Origin: Octopus sinensis
Taxonomy: Eukaryota
Assembly: GCF_006345805.1 (NCBI RefSeq)
Contig: NC_042998.1
Coordinates: forward strand, 96,782,001-96,846,000
Direction of reading: 5' to 3'
DNA length: 64,000 nucleotides
The notes under the pieces: model-generated
Seen by the model: only the letters and a program-made list of their open reading frames with translations
What the model was told of the DNA's origin: nothing
Databases searched by the model: none
In this document: positions 28,417-41,467 of the stretch, piece by piece
Layout: every line of letters begins with the position of its first letter
Position numbering within the stretch: position 1 is the stretch's first letter
Translations under genes and position numbers: made by a program

Positions 28417-31400
28417 CATCATCATCATTTAACGTCCACTTTCCATGCTGGCATGGGTTGGACGGTTTGATAGGAGCTGGTTAGGCAGAAGACTGCACCT
28501 GGCTTCAGTGTTTGTTTTGGCATGGCTTTTACAGTTGGATGCCCTTCCTAACACCAACCACCCTGCAGAAGGTACACCCTCACCATTTTTCTCTCTCTCT
28601 TTTTTCCAGCAGAGGAAGTCAGGTTTTCATCTCTTCAGCATGACACCTGTCCCTGTCCCTCTATAATACTTTTACATCCTTCTATAGCATACCCCACTTA
28701 GTTGGGAGATCTTGTCTTAGTTGGTAGATCTTGAGTATTTGGTTACCTCACTAGTACCACAAAGAAAACACTCCGCACACTATGTAAAATGGCTGGTTTA
28801 AGTAAGAGCATCCAGCAATAGAAACTATGCCAAAGCAGATATTAAAGGACAATGATAGATCTTATGTCAAATATAGTAATGTGTGTCTGGTGATCTAATT
28901 AATTAGCTAATAAACAAAATTTGTACCAAGGATTAAAGAGAGAGTGTGAGATAAATTAAAAGAAAAAGATAAATTAATAAAATAGCAACAAGCAAATGCA
29001 AAGCTGAACATTCAGAGTACGTTAAAGATGTCAAGATAAATCAGACATTTTACTTACACTGCTCCAACATCAGCTCCAAAGTTTATAAGAATTTCTCCGA
29101 CTTTGTCATGTCCATGAAGTGCAGCAATATGCAAAGGTGTATTGGAATCTTCATCTTCTGATTTCACCACAGTTTTATCAGCTTTAACAAGTGCACGAAC
29201 AACGCTATCAGATAAAAATGGGAAATATAGGTAACAGAAGTTAATTAAGTGTTTATTTCAAGTCATTTAACAAGGTTTCTCTAACCCAGCCAAGAGAGAT
29301 GGCATAACTGAGATTTTTCTCAAAGATTGTAACCAAAGCTAAATTACAAAGCCTTTAATCTTTTGCCTGTCCAAAGCATTTTAATAAGTTTGTCTTAAAC
29401 ATCCATGCTTGTTTTCAGACTTTTACTGAGCCCTTTTTATCATGTGCTATGAGTAATATAAAGCTTTTTTTCATTAGTCCCAAGTTACTCTGGTGATTGA
29501 AAAGTGTTAATTGGGAACATGTATCAAAATACACATTCCCAATTTATTTCGACCACGAGAATACATATTTCTCTGCCATCTGTGTATGATGTATGGAAAC
29601 CAAGAAAATGTGTTCTGTGTATCAGCAAAGGACAGGCAAAGGGTTAACAAACATATTAAGAGATTAAATCCTTAAATCCTTAAAAATGTTTTAGCCAAAA
29701 GGCCGCAGCCATGCTGGGGCACCACCGCTGAACAATTTGCAAACTGTAAATTTCATAGGATTGACAAATGTAAAATATTGTGTTCTCCCATTGAGAAAGA
29801 TATTTTATGAATATTTCCTGAAGATAAATGGAAATAACTGTAAAAAATGCTGCCTCATGACAGTTAGTCAAGAAAATACATCTTAAAACGTTTGAATTCA
29901 GAGTTGTTTTGTGCCAGGATATGAATGAATGCCATTCTTGAGAATTCACATAACTATTGTGAATATTAAATGGTATAAATTATTCAAAAGTAAAATATTT
30001 AAAAGAAAAAGAAGCAAGCTTACTTGGTTCGCCCAAATTTTGAAGCTAAATGTATTGGTGTTTCTTCATCATCATTCGTAGCCATAATATCAGCTCCATG
30101 ACTTAAAAGAATCTAAAATAAATTAAATCAATTTTGTCAATTACACAGTACATTAGGGTCAGTTGGGCACCATCTGTGAGTAAAACAGTACTATGACGCA
30201 ATTCACTCTGCCAGAATTTGGAAGTGACATGCTGTACTGCTTGGCATTCATGCCAGAAGCTCCAATACAAACAGAGGGTGAACACATAGAACAACCATTG
30301 GCTTGCCATGTTCCCAAAACATGTACTAAGAGTGATAAAAATCAAACATCCAGTCAACATCATGGTGTTTGGAGTAATCACTAGTGATGGCAACATTATG
30401 GCAACATTATGCCTCCTTTCATCTTCCCATATGACCTACATCAAGTGCATGGAGAAGGTAGTTCTGCCCTGGGTCAAGAGGGTTGCTGCTGGAAGAACTT
30501 ATGTCTGGCAACAGGACTCTGCACCATGCCACACAAGCAGGAGAACCCAGTCATGGCTGTCAGACAATTTCTGCAACCACATCATCCCTAACATCTGGCC
30601 ACCTAACTCCCCAGACTGCGACCCCTTTGAGTATTATGTGTGGGGTGCAGTTGAGTGAGAGACCAACAAAGGTTCTTGTAACACCAAAGATGAACTGAAG
30701 GCAAGGATTATAGCAGCATTCACCAACTTAAACAAGGAGACCGTCCAGAAGAATTGCAAGAGATTCCAAAGTCGTCTTGAGGTCATGGTTGAAGCCAATG
30801 GCAATTTTATTGAATAAATTTACTCTTTAGTATTTCAAGATATTTTTAAGTAGTTTTGGTAAATATATCTGTTAAAATGAAATGTCAGTCTTATTTTCAT
30901 TTAGATGACCGTATATTCAGTGCACCCTGTAAGTATATATATATATGTATATAGGTTTGTATGCGCACGCATGTGGGTGCATTTGTCTGCATATGCATGT
31001 GTGAGCATGTGTTTACATGCCTGTCTCAATATCTGTATTTATATTGCTACCACTTGAAAATAGTGTTCTGTGTTCATGCCACATAATTTAAGACCCTGAC
31101 AAAGAGATTGATAAAATAGTACCAAGGCTTTAAAATGTAAGTACTAGTTTCAATATGATTGAGTAAAATTTGAATTTATGAAACTTATAGGCACTGACCC
31201 TTCCTCCAGTCTAAACCATAAAAATGGTCTAAAGCTAAATACAATAAACCAATATTTCTTCCACTCTCCCAGCATAGAGAATAACTACACACCTATAATC
31301 ATCATTTAGCATCCATTGTCCATGCTGGCGGGAGTTGGACAGTTTAACCAGGTTGCTAAGCTGAGGGGCTGCATCAGATTCTACTCTAACTTGGCACGGT

Positions 31401-34400
31401 TTCTACAGCTGGATGCCCTTCCTAATGCCAACCACTCCATGAGAGTAATGTGTGCTTTTCTGTGCCACTGGCACAGGTCAATATTAATAATGTTATGGTC
31501 ATTAATGAAATATTGAAATTAGATCATAATTTGTTACTCCTTCAATAAGTAACAATGCCACTATATACTGATTATACAATATTAATTTGTAAATATTACC
31601 ATCACAATTTCTGTAAATCCTTCCTGTGCTGCCACATGTAAAGGTCGATTACCATATTGGTCATTTACATGAACTTGATCTTTCATTCCAGGATATTCCA
31701 AAAGTTTCTAGAAAAGAATAGCAAATATTCATTAGATATCAGATAAACTACATAATGATAAAAGTATCAATTCTTCATCTTCATTATCATCATCATATTT
31801 TCATCCAATTTTTCCAGATGGAATTGGCTGAAAAGAAAACTTTCCAATCTCATTCCATTCACCAATACCCCTCCTTCTCAGCCAAGGGAAAGCTGTGGAC
31901 TAATATTCACACTAAACAGAGATGGTGGGCTTATCCATTCCCCATATGGCTACTGCTGTTTGAATAAATTCCACAAACCATCAATTCTTAGACATTAAAC
32001 AGGTGCACACAGCCACTCTACATACATTTCAGACAGACTAGGCTAATGGGCTTCTATACACATAAAGTTTGTCATGGAATGGCAATGCTCCATCAGTAGC
32101 ACTGCCAGGTTAGGGATCTCTGGAAGTTAACCATAGGTTTTTAGTTTGAAAGTCCTTTAAAACAGACCAACCAGATGGTTCATGGTGTCCAAATTTTCTG
32201 AGAACATCTTTGATTTTCCCCACCAATTATCTCTTTTACTCTCTTACTCTTTTACTCTTTTCCTTAATAAAATGCTCAAATGGAAGTCCCACCACCAACA
32301 TTGACTGACTAATGGAAGGCTGTGAATACTTGACAGTATTCTTAAAGCCAAGTACTCAGTTTTTGATTTTGCTTGAGCCAGGAATGTCAAAGAGATGAGC
32401 TGGGGAGAAAATGTACTTCACAATGGATAACTATACCTTTTTACCTAAATCTCTAAGGAAGCTGCAACCTCTGCACATGACTGTGCACCATCAACTATAA
32501 AATCCTTATTCCTTTATATTGAGGATTTTAACAGCAGGCAAACTCCTTAGTCAAAGGAATAGATCTCTTTCACAAGAAATAAAGAGCAGACACTCTAAAT
32601 TGGTTGAGTGAAAAACTAGGACAGGACACAACAGTCTTGCAATAATACACGATGGAAGCAATGTATATATTCATTATCTCTGAGTGACCTTACAGGAATA
32701 GTTTCCTTGGTAAGACTGGCAAACTGGCTTATAGCTTCATCCTGAACGTCCAGACTAAACTAGACTCTAATTTAACTGACTTATCTAACTTAATTGACCT
32801 ATTGAAACAACACCCCACAATGCTGGTCTTTAGCATGGACTTGCCTCTTCAGGTGCCAGGCTGCTGCATGCCTACCGATTTGTTCAAATTAATCTTTGCT
32901 TTTGTCACTGCCTTGTATTTCTTTACAAGTATGCTGACCAAATCCATTTTTATGGCATCCAACACCATAGCATTGACACCATTTCCTGACAAGGTCTTCC
33001 CACATCTCCCTTCAAATGGAATGCTGCAGAAGTGGTTTGAAAATACCTGAGTGTACTAAATATATACAATATTTACTTCACACCGGAAAGTTCTATACAT
33101 GTTTATACATGTTTATTATGTATCAATGTATACAAATATAATGTAAATATGTTTAATTTTACTCTGTAATATGACCAACATTTCATATTTATATACTGCA
33201 GTGCATTTACAAGATGTTGTTCAAATTAGAAGCATTTAAGCAAGTTAAGTTTAAAAACTGAAGAAACATTAACCTTGAGAACTGATGCTTTGTTTTCTTC
33301 TGAGGCCAGGTAAATAGCTGTTTTTTCATATTTATCCACAGCTAAAGGATCCGCAGAAGCATTCATTAATATCTCAATGGTCTCACTATGACCACGAAGT
33401 GCTGCTAACAGTAGTGGAGTGTAACTGTCACTATCTCTCTTGTTAACACGGGCACCACTAAGAACACAAAGAGAATAAGGAATTACAGTAAATTAATGGA
33501 AAGTGCAATACATGTATAATTTCAATGCCCCAATGTATTAAAAAAGTATGAAACAGTCATTGTAAATTGTTATTAAAGGGTTTGCTTTTAATCTGTATAT
33601 TCCTAAAATATTTTTTTACTTTGTAGAAACGATAACATAATCAAGAAGTCATAAATGTAAGAAAATATAAGGTATAAGTACATGCAAGGATAAATAAATG
33701 AAAGTATCTTTCTCAGCAGTTATAATGAATGGTTTCTTATATAAATACAAGGCCTTGGATTTATAGGGGAAAAGGTATGAAATAAAATATTTTTTAGGTT
33801 GTATAAAGAAACGAAATGTTTATAAAATAGGATCAAAACTTTGTCGCAAAATGATAGAAAAGCTGGAATATCAGAAAGTCATCCACCAGATGTTGAAATG
33901 TTTTGCTACATGCTCTCTTGATGTATTTTTCCTTTTTTTTTCCTTTCTTTCTTTTTTTGTGTGTGTGCATGATTTGGTATAAAGGAAGGGAGTACCCATG
34001 GATCACATAGACTCATCATGACAGATGAGGTCACTGTGATTGATGTTCTTCTTGAACAGCTGCAAATTGCTGATGCAGGAAAAATATAGACAGGGAGAGT
34101 GTTCCATAGGGTTGATATTCTGGGACAAAGGACTAGGTAAGGTGGTTAGCACAGAGGTTGGGTGGAAAAGTATAGATACAATATAGGCAATGAGAGGTGG
34201 AGAAACAAGTGAGTCTGGAGGATTCCAGCCATTTCCAAGGAACAGAGGCTATGGAAGTTGTGCTGGTAGAAAAGAAAGAATGATGAGAAATCACATCTGT
34301 TGACCAGGGGATGGAGTATGTTGGTAACTTGATGACGTTCAGATGGCTAGAATCTTTGTATGTATAGCAGCAGCAACAACAACACTATTCCTGATGTGGA

Positions 34401-37400
34401 AGCAGAAATCCACTTTGGGCCTTATTTGTGTTTTGTGGGGTTTTAGTAATTGCTGGTGGATGAGGTAGTTTTTTTTTGTTCTGAAGATAAAGGTTAATCT
34501 TTGGGATACAGTCTTTGCAGTGTTCAGGATGTGAGATTGCCAAGAAATGCAGGCATGGCTGTGTGGTTAAAAAGTTTGCTTCTCAACCACATGATTTCAG
34601 GTTCAGACCCACTGAATGGCATCATGGACAAGTGTGTTTTTCTACAGTCCTGGGCTGTAGTTGAAGGTTGAATAAATTTAGCAGACAGAGAGTGAGAGTG
34701 AAAGAAGCTCATCATACAAATAAAGAATAAAAACACAATAAATTACTGTAATTCTCTACATTGAAATTCATTTCTTTAAACAGACTGGAAAGTTTATACT
34801 GTAAATATCATTATAATGTTATAGGTGCATATAGGCGTCACTTATGAACCTATCTAAAAAACTATCTAAATCCTTACATTCAGATTAACAAATCTGTAGC
34901 TTAATAATACATGATAGTATTCCTTTCTTCAAAAGATATGAGTAACACATCACTTATAAATTAATTCATCATCATCATTTAACATCCATTGTCCATGCTA
35001 GCATGGGTTGGATGGTTTGACCAGGGCTTGCAAGCTGGAAGGCTGCACCAGACTCCAGTCTGATTTGGTATAGTTTCTATGTCTGGATGCCCTTCCTAAT
35101 GCCAAGCACCCCAAGAGTGTCATGGGTGCTTTTACATGTCACTGGGATGGGTGTCATTTGTGTGACACCAGTATCTGCCATGATTGGTCTTACTTGGCTT
35201 GATGGGTCTTCTTCTCAAGCATGGCATAATGCCAAAGGTCTCGGTCATTTGTCATTGCTTCCATGAGGCCCACCACTCAAAAGATGCTTTTCACATGCCA
35301 CCAGCATCAGCCACCTTGCTTCCATGAAGCCCAACACTTGAAAGGTGCTTTTTACATGACACCAGCATCAGCAATGACTGCGATTTCACTTGGCTTGACA
35401 GGTTTTCTCAAGCACAGCATATCGCCAAAGGTCTCAGTCACCAGTCATCGCCTCCATGAGGCCCAAAGTTTAAAGATCATGCTTCACCACCTCTTTCCAT
35501 GTCTTCCTGGGTCTACCACTACTACATGTTCCCTCTACAGTTTGAGATCAGCATCACATATGCATCACATGACCATACCACTGCACACATCAGATGCCTC
35601 CTTTCTCTTGAGATGCTTACATCCTGTTGTGCATGCACACTGACATTGCACATTCAGTGAAGCATGCTACATTCATTTCTTTCAAGCCTGCACATGTCCT
35701 TGGCTGTCACAGCCGATGTTTCACTGCCATGTAGCATGGCTGTTTGCATACAGGCATCATACAATCTGCCTTTCACTCTGAGGGTGAGGCCCTTTGTTGC
35801 CAGCAGAGGTAGAAGCCTCTATTTTAATTTCATAATTATATAAATAATTATGTATTAATTATGTATTTCAATTTCATAATTATATAAATAATTATGTTTG
35901 ATGCTATTGAAATATATGGGATATATAATATGTAATAGAATAGGAACAAAGTTTGTGTGTGGGGGGGGGGTATATACTTGGAAATAGGTAAAAGCTGGAA
36001 ACAGAAAGGTCAAACAAAATCTACCTCAATCAATTCCACCTAACCCATGCAAGCATGGAAAAAATGCTAAAACAATGATGATGATTGATAGAAGTTACAA
36101 CGTGGCTAAAGGGCCCAGAGTTCATGAAATTGGTACTAATTTGGATTTTTAGTGCATTTAGGCTGAGAGTACATGACTCCTCGCAGAACAGGACATCACT
36201 TTATCACAGGGTTAGTCCAGGTTTGTATTGATATCATTTTCAGCTAAATGTACTAATACAACTTGAAATGAATTGCCTTGTTCAAGGATACAACCTGTTG
36301 TCCAGTCCATGAACTGAACCTACAGTCTAACAATCAAGAGCCCAATACCTGAATCACTAGGCACCTTCACAGATAATGGCATGGGAAACAGAATCTGCGT
36401 CTTCATTACAGCTTTGAACACATTAGATATGTCAACTCTTGATATCAACCCACCCAAGATTACTGCTGCTTGTATGATATGAACTTCTTGTTTTAAACTG
36501 ACCTAAATTATAACCTTCAATTAAAACTTCATGTTAATAAATGTTCCAAACACTAGTCTAATAATGATTCAGTTATTTTATAAAATACTTCCTTTTTAAA
36601 AAAAAGTAACTGAAACAAATTCCAACAGAAATATTATAACAAAACGGTTAACATCAAATATAAGACTAATCTGTAGTCTCACCATTTTATGAGGTAGTCA
36701 ACTACATTATAATGATTATATAATGCAGCTTTATGTAGTGGTGTGGATTGCTCCTCATCATAGGCATCAATTCTAGCACTGTTATCCACCAGCAGTTTCA
36801 CACATTCCATATTTCCAGACATTGCAGCTCGATGGAGAGGCATGGAACGGTCTGATTCTACACCATTTACATCTGCACCTAAAATCAATTAAAAAGAAGA
36901 AAATAATGGCAGGATATCCAAAACAAAGCAGAAAAGATTTCTCTTTTACGTTTTGCTTGTTTCAGTCATGGGACACCATCTTCTTAAAGGCTTTAGCAGA
37001 ACAAATCGACCCCAATACCCATTTGCTTTGTTTTTTTAAAGGCTGGCACTTATTCAGTTATGAGAACATAAACAAACCAACACCAGAATATTACATTGTC
37101 ATTTTTTAGTGGTAAATATAATAAGTATTTAATAATTTGGTGGTAAATATAATAAGTATAATAAGATATTTAATAAAGTTGGTAGTTTAAGCAAGGTGAA
37201 AAGAATTTGATTATTTACCCCTCATTAAACATATTTTGGCCACCTCTGCAAATCCTCCATCAACTGCAGCATGAAGACAGGTTTTCCCATCTATATTTTT
37301 ATCAGCAACCAACTAAAAAGAAAAGGAATTCATTTATCCGTCAAAAACATTTTATAAATTAAAAAAAAAAAAGAAAACAATTTAAAAATTAAAATACTCA

Positions 37401-39824
37401 AATATCATCATCATCATCATTATCATCATCATTTAATGCCTGCTTTCCACTCTAGCATGGTTTGGATGGTTTCATATGGAACTGGCCAGCTGGGAGCTGT
37501 CCAGACTCCAATTGCCTGTTGTGGCATGGTTTCTAAGGTTGGATGCCCTTTCTAATGCCAACCACTTAACAGAGTGTGATCTTCCCTTTTTGCATGGTTG
37601 CGTTTACACAGCACCAGCATGGGTGCTTTTTATGTGGCACCAGTGCCTAAGAGAACAAGCCTGTATGTGTGGAAAACAGCGATTTTACTTAGCTTGGCAT
37701 GACATATCAAGTACAGCAAATCACCACATCTCCCAGTTCCCTGTCATTTCCTCAGTGAGGCCCAGCATCCGAATATCCTTTCCCACCACTTCTTCCCATT
37801 CCTTCCAATGTATTACTTAGCGTTCTTGAATTTAAGAACGCTAAGTAATACGTTGTTAGTTTTTAAATATCTTCAAAAAGATAAGTATACAATTTATATG
37901 CTTATTGATCTTAAAAAATATTGATTTCTAATTTTTTTTTTTTGTTAATTATAAAATAATTATAATATAATTACAATATAATTTTGTTAATTATAATTTA
38001 GATACTCTTTTACTTGTTTCAGTCATTAGACTGTGGCCATGCTGGAGCACCGCCTTTAGTCGAGCAAATCGACCCCAGGACTTATTCTTTGTAAGCCCAG
38101 TACTTATTCTATCGGTCTCTTTTGCCGAACCGCTAAGTGATGGGGACATAAACACACCAGCATCAGTTGTCAAGCAATGCTAGGGGGACAAACACAGACA
38201 CATAAACACATATACACACACATATATATATAAATATATACGACAGGCTTCTTTCAGTTTCCGTCTACCAAATCCACTCACAAGGCATTGGTCGGCCCGG
38301 GGCTATAGCAGAAGACACTTACCCAAGATGCCACGCAGTGGGACTGAACCGCAACCATGTGGCTGGTTAGCAAGCTACTTACCACACAGCCACTCCTGCA
38401 CCTATACATTTATGATACATACATTTATTTAATTATTCTTATTTTTATAATTATTATATGTGAACTATGATCTAAAATCATTAAATGTAGTTACTTTGTG
38501 AAATAGTTTGTAATGTAAAATATTATAGTATAAGTAGTGAAAAGTTTTTTTTTTTGTACTATTGAATTTAATTATGATAATAAGTACTTTCATTATTCCC
38601 TTAATAAGTGAAATATTAGATCTAGATATATAAACGCTAAGTTATACGTTTTTAATTTTAAATATTTTTTAGTTCATAAATATCTTTGAAAAAAATAAGT
38701 ATACATTTTATTTAAGAAATAACGGTGAAGTTTAAATGATAATTGATTAAAAAGTATGTATTTCTAATTTTTTATTTGTTAATTATAATTTAAGATACGT
38801 ATTTTTATTTAATCATTCTTATTATTATTATAATTATTGCATATGAATTAAACTCTAAAAGTATTATTTGTAGTTGTTTTGTGAAATAGTTTATATAGCA
38901 TAGGTAGTGAAAAGTTTTGTGAAATAGTTTATATAGCATAGGTAGTGAAAAGTTGTTTTTTTTTTTCTTTATGTACTATTGAATTTAATAATAATAAGTA
39001 CTTTATTTATTTTATCAATGAGTGAAATATTAGCTCTAAACATAAATTAATTTACTTATATAATAAGTTTAAATTATTTGTGAATATATTGTTGAAATAT
39101 ATACAAAATACTATTGTAGGGTTGTGGCTGCAATGTTGTTGATATAAGATATATTATAAGTCTATACATGTTTTGTATAGAGTTTAGTACATAGTATCTG
39201 ATAAAATTATTTAATTAATGAATTAATATATAATTTATTTAATTAATAAATATAGATTAGATTATAGTAATTTAGCTTAACTTAAGTATATGATTTATTT
39301 TCAGTATTTTTATTTTAATTAATTAGACTCTTATATTTTTCCAGTAAAGATATACTATAGTTTGTTAATATTATTCTCAAAGCTAAAATATATCTTCACA
39401 GATAAAATACATTTTCTATCTACTTACTCTATTTTTCACCTTAGGTTTTTAACATAATAAATGCATTATAGACACCTGGTCCTACTTTTTAAGTTTCAAA
39501 TTTAGTTAACGGAGTTTCTCCTATAAGAAGAATCATGTTTTTATTTCTTTAAGAAATATTGTTTAATTCTATTTGATTATTTATTAAAAATATGTATTTA
39601 TTTAACTATTATTGTTATTATTGTTGACCTGAGGAGTGACTATACTTTTAAATTGAATTGTTTTTGGATTAAATTTAAATTTAATTATAATTCAAATTGA
39701 AGTTATAACCATGAAATGTATGTAGTCTTTTTACTTATTATATAATGTTTATTCATTTTTTATATATTTTTAACATATTTTTGTACTTTTTGTGATCAAG
39801 ATATATGTTTTATATATACATATG

Positions 39825-39887
<63 letters not shown>

Positions 39888-39970
39888 TTATAATATATTT
39901 TATTTTTTCTATGATATGGTTTATGTCTATCATTGTTTGAATTACATAATAGTGGTTTTCTCTAATTTAT

Positions 39971-40029
<59 letters not shown>

Positions 40030-41235
40030 CACATGAAAAAGCATGAATATATAAGGTGGACAAAATAGTACTCAAATACTGAAGTTTTATATCCTTCAAT
40101 TGGATATATTACATAACAAAGCAGCAGGGAAGAAAGGATATACACAACACACTACTATTACTATTACACAAGAATCAATGTTCTATATCAAAGGCTCACA
40201 GTGAACTGCTACCAACATGAACTTCCAATTGCACTCAGTTCATTGCTTTGTAACAATGAGCCAGTCCACCTCTTAGTTACTTGAGGGGTGGTCAGAATCC
40301 TTCCACAACTCAAAGGTAGAGTAATATGCTGTTTTATTAAAGCTACAAAAACATCACAAAAACTATTACTCATAGATTCACACTTCCATTCATCAGACAG
40401 TTATGATCACAACTGTCTGATGAGCAGAAACATGAAACATGAAACTAAGTAACATGTTTTTGTGAATATATATATATATATCTTGATGTCCCATGCTGGT
40501 GGCACATAAAAAGCACCATTCGAGTGTGGTCAATGCCAGTGCCACCTGACTGGCTCCCACGTCAGTGGCACATAAAAAGGACCATTCAAGTGTGGTCGAT
40601 GCCATTGCCGCCTGACTGGTCCCCATGCCAGTGGCATGTAAAAAGCACCCACTACACTCACAGAGTGGTCAGCATTAGGAAAGGCATCCAGCTGTAGAAA
40701 TCTTGCCACATCAGATTGGAGCCTGGTGCAGCCACCTGGCTTGCCAGTCCTCAGTCAAACCGTCCAACCCTTGCCAGCATGGAAAACAGACGTTAAATGA
40801 TGATGATGATGATATATAATGTTATTGATGTAGTCTAAAATAGATATAGAACAATAACAACCTTAAAATAAAGATAAAAAACAAACTTACCTCATAACAA
40901 ACAATCCATTCATCTTCTTTTGTAGCCGCATCAAATAGTAGATTTACAATATCTAAACAACCATGGAAGCAAGCATAAAATAAGGGTGTACATCTCTCAT
41001 CATCAAAACATCGAATTTTTGCACCAGCATTTATCAAGGCTTCTGCAACAGCCTTTTGGTTGTAACGTGCAGCTGTATGCAAGGCAGTCATTTGAGTTTT
41101 GTCAACTTTCTGAGAGAATATAATAAAAAAACAAAAAGAAATGTAAACTTAAATGATATTTGCATAATTCAATGAAACTAATAGAAAGAAATAAGAAATT
41201 AGGTAGTAGTAGTAGTAGAAATGGTACTTGTGGTG

Positions 41236-41306
<71 letters not shown>

Positions 41307-41331
41307 GGTGGTGGTAGTAGTAGTAGTAGTG

Positions 41332-41363
<32 letters not shown>

Positions 41364-41436
41364 GGTGGAGCAGTAGTTGTGGCAGCAGCGGTGGTGGTGG
41401 TGGTGGTGGTAGTAGTAGTACTAGTAGTAGTAGTAA

Positions 41437-41467
<31 letters not shown>

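Noticed and set aside
38420-39800. Possible mitochondrial insertion (NUMT) because of extreme AT content
   Set aside because: No recognisable mitochondrial protein, tRNA or rRNA motif; the internal tandem structure argues for a nuclear repeat.
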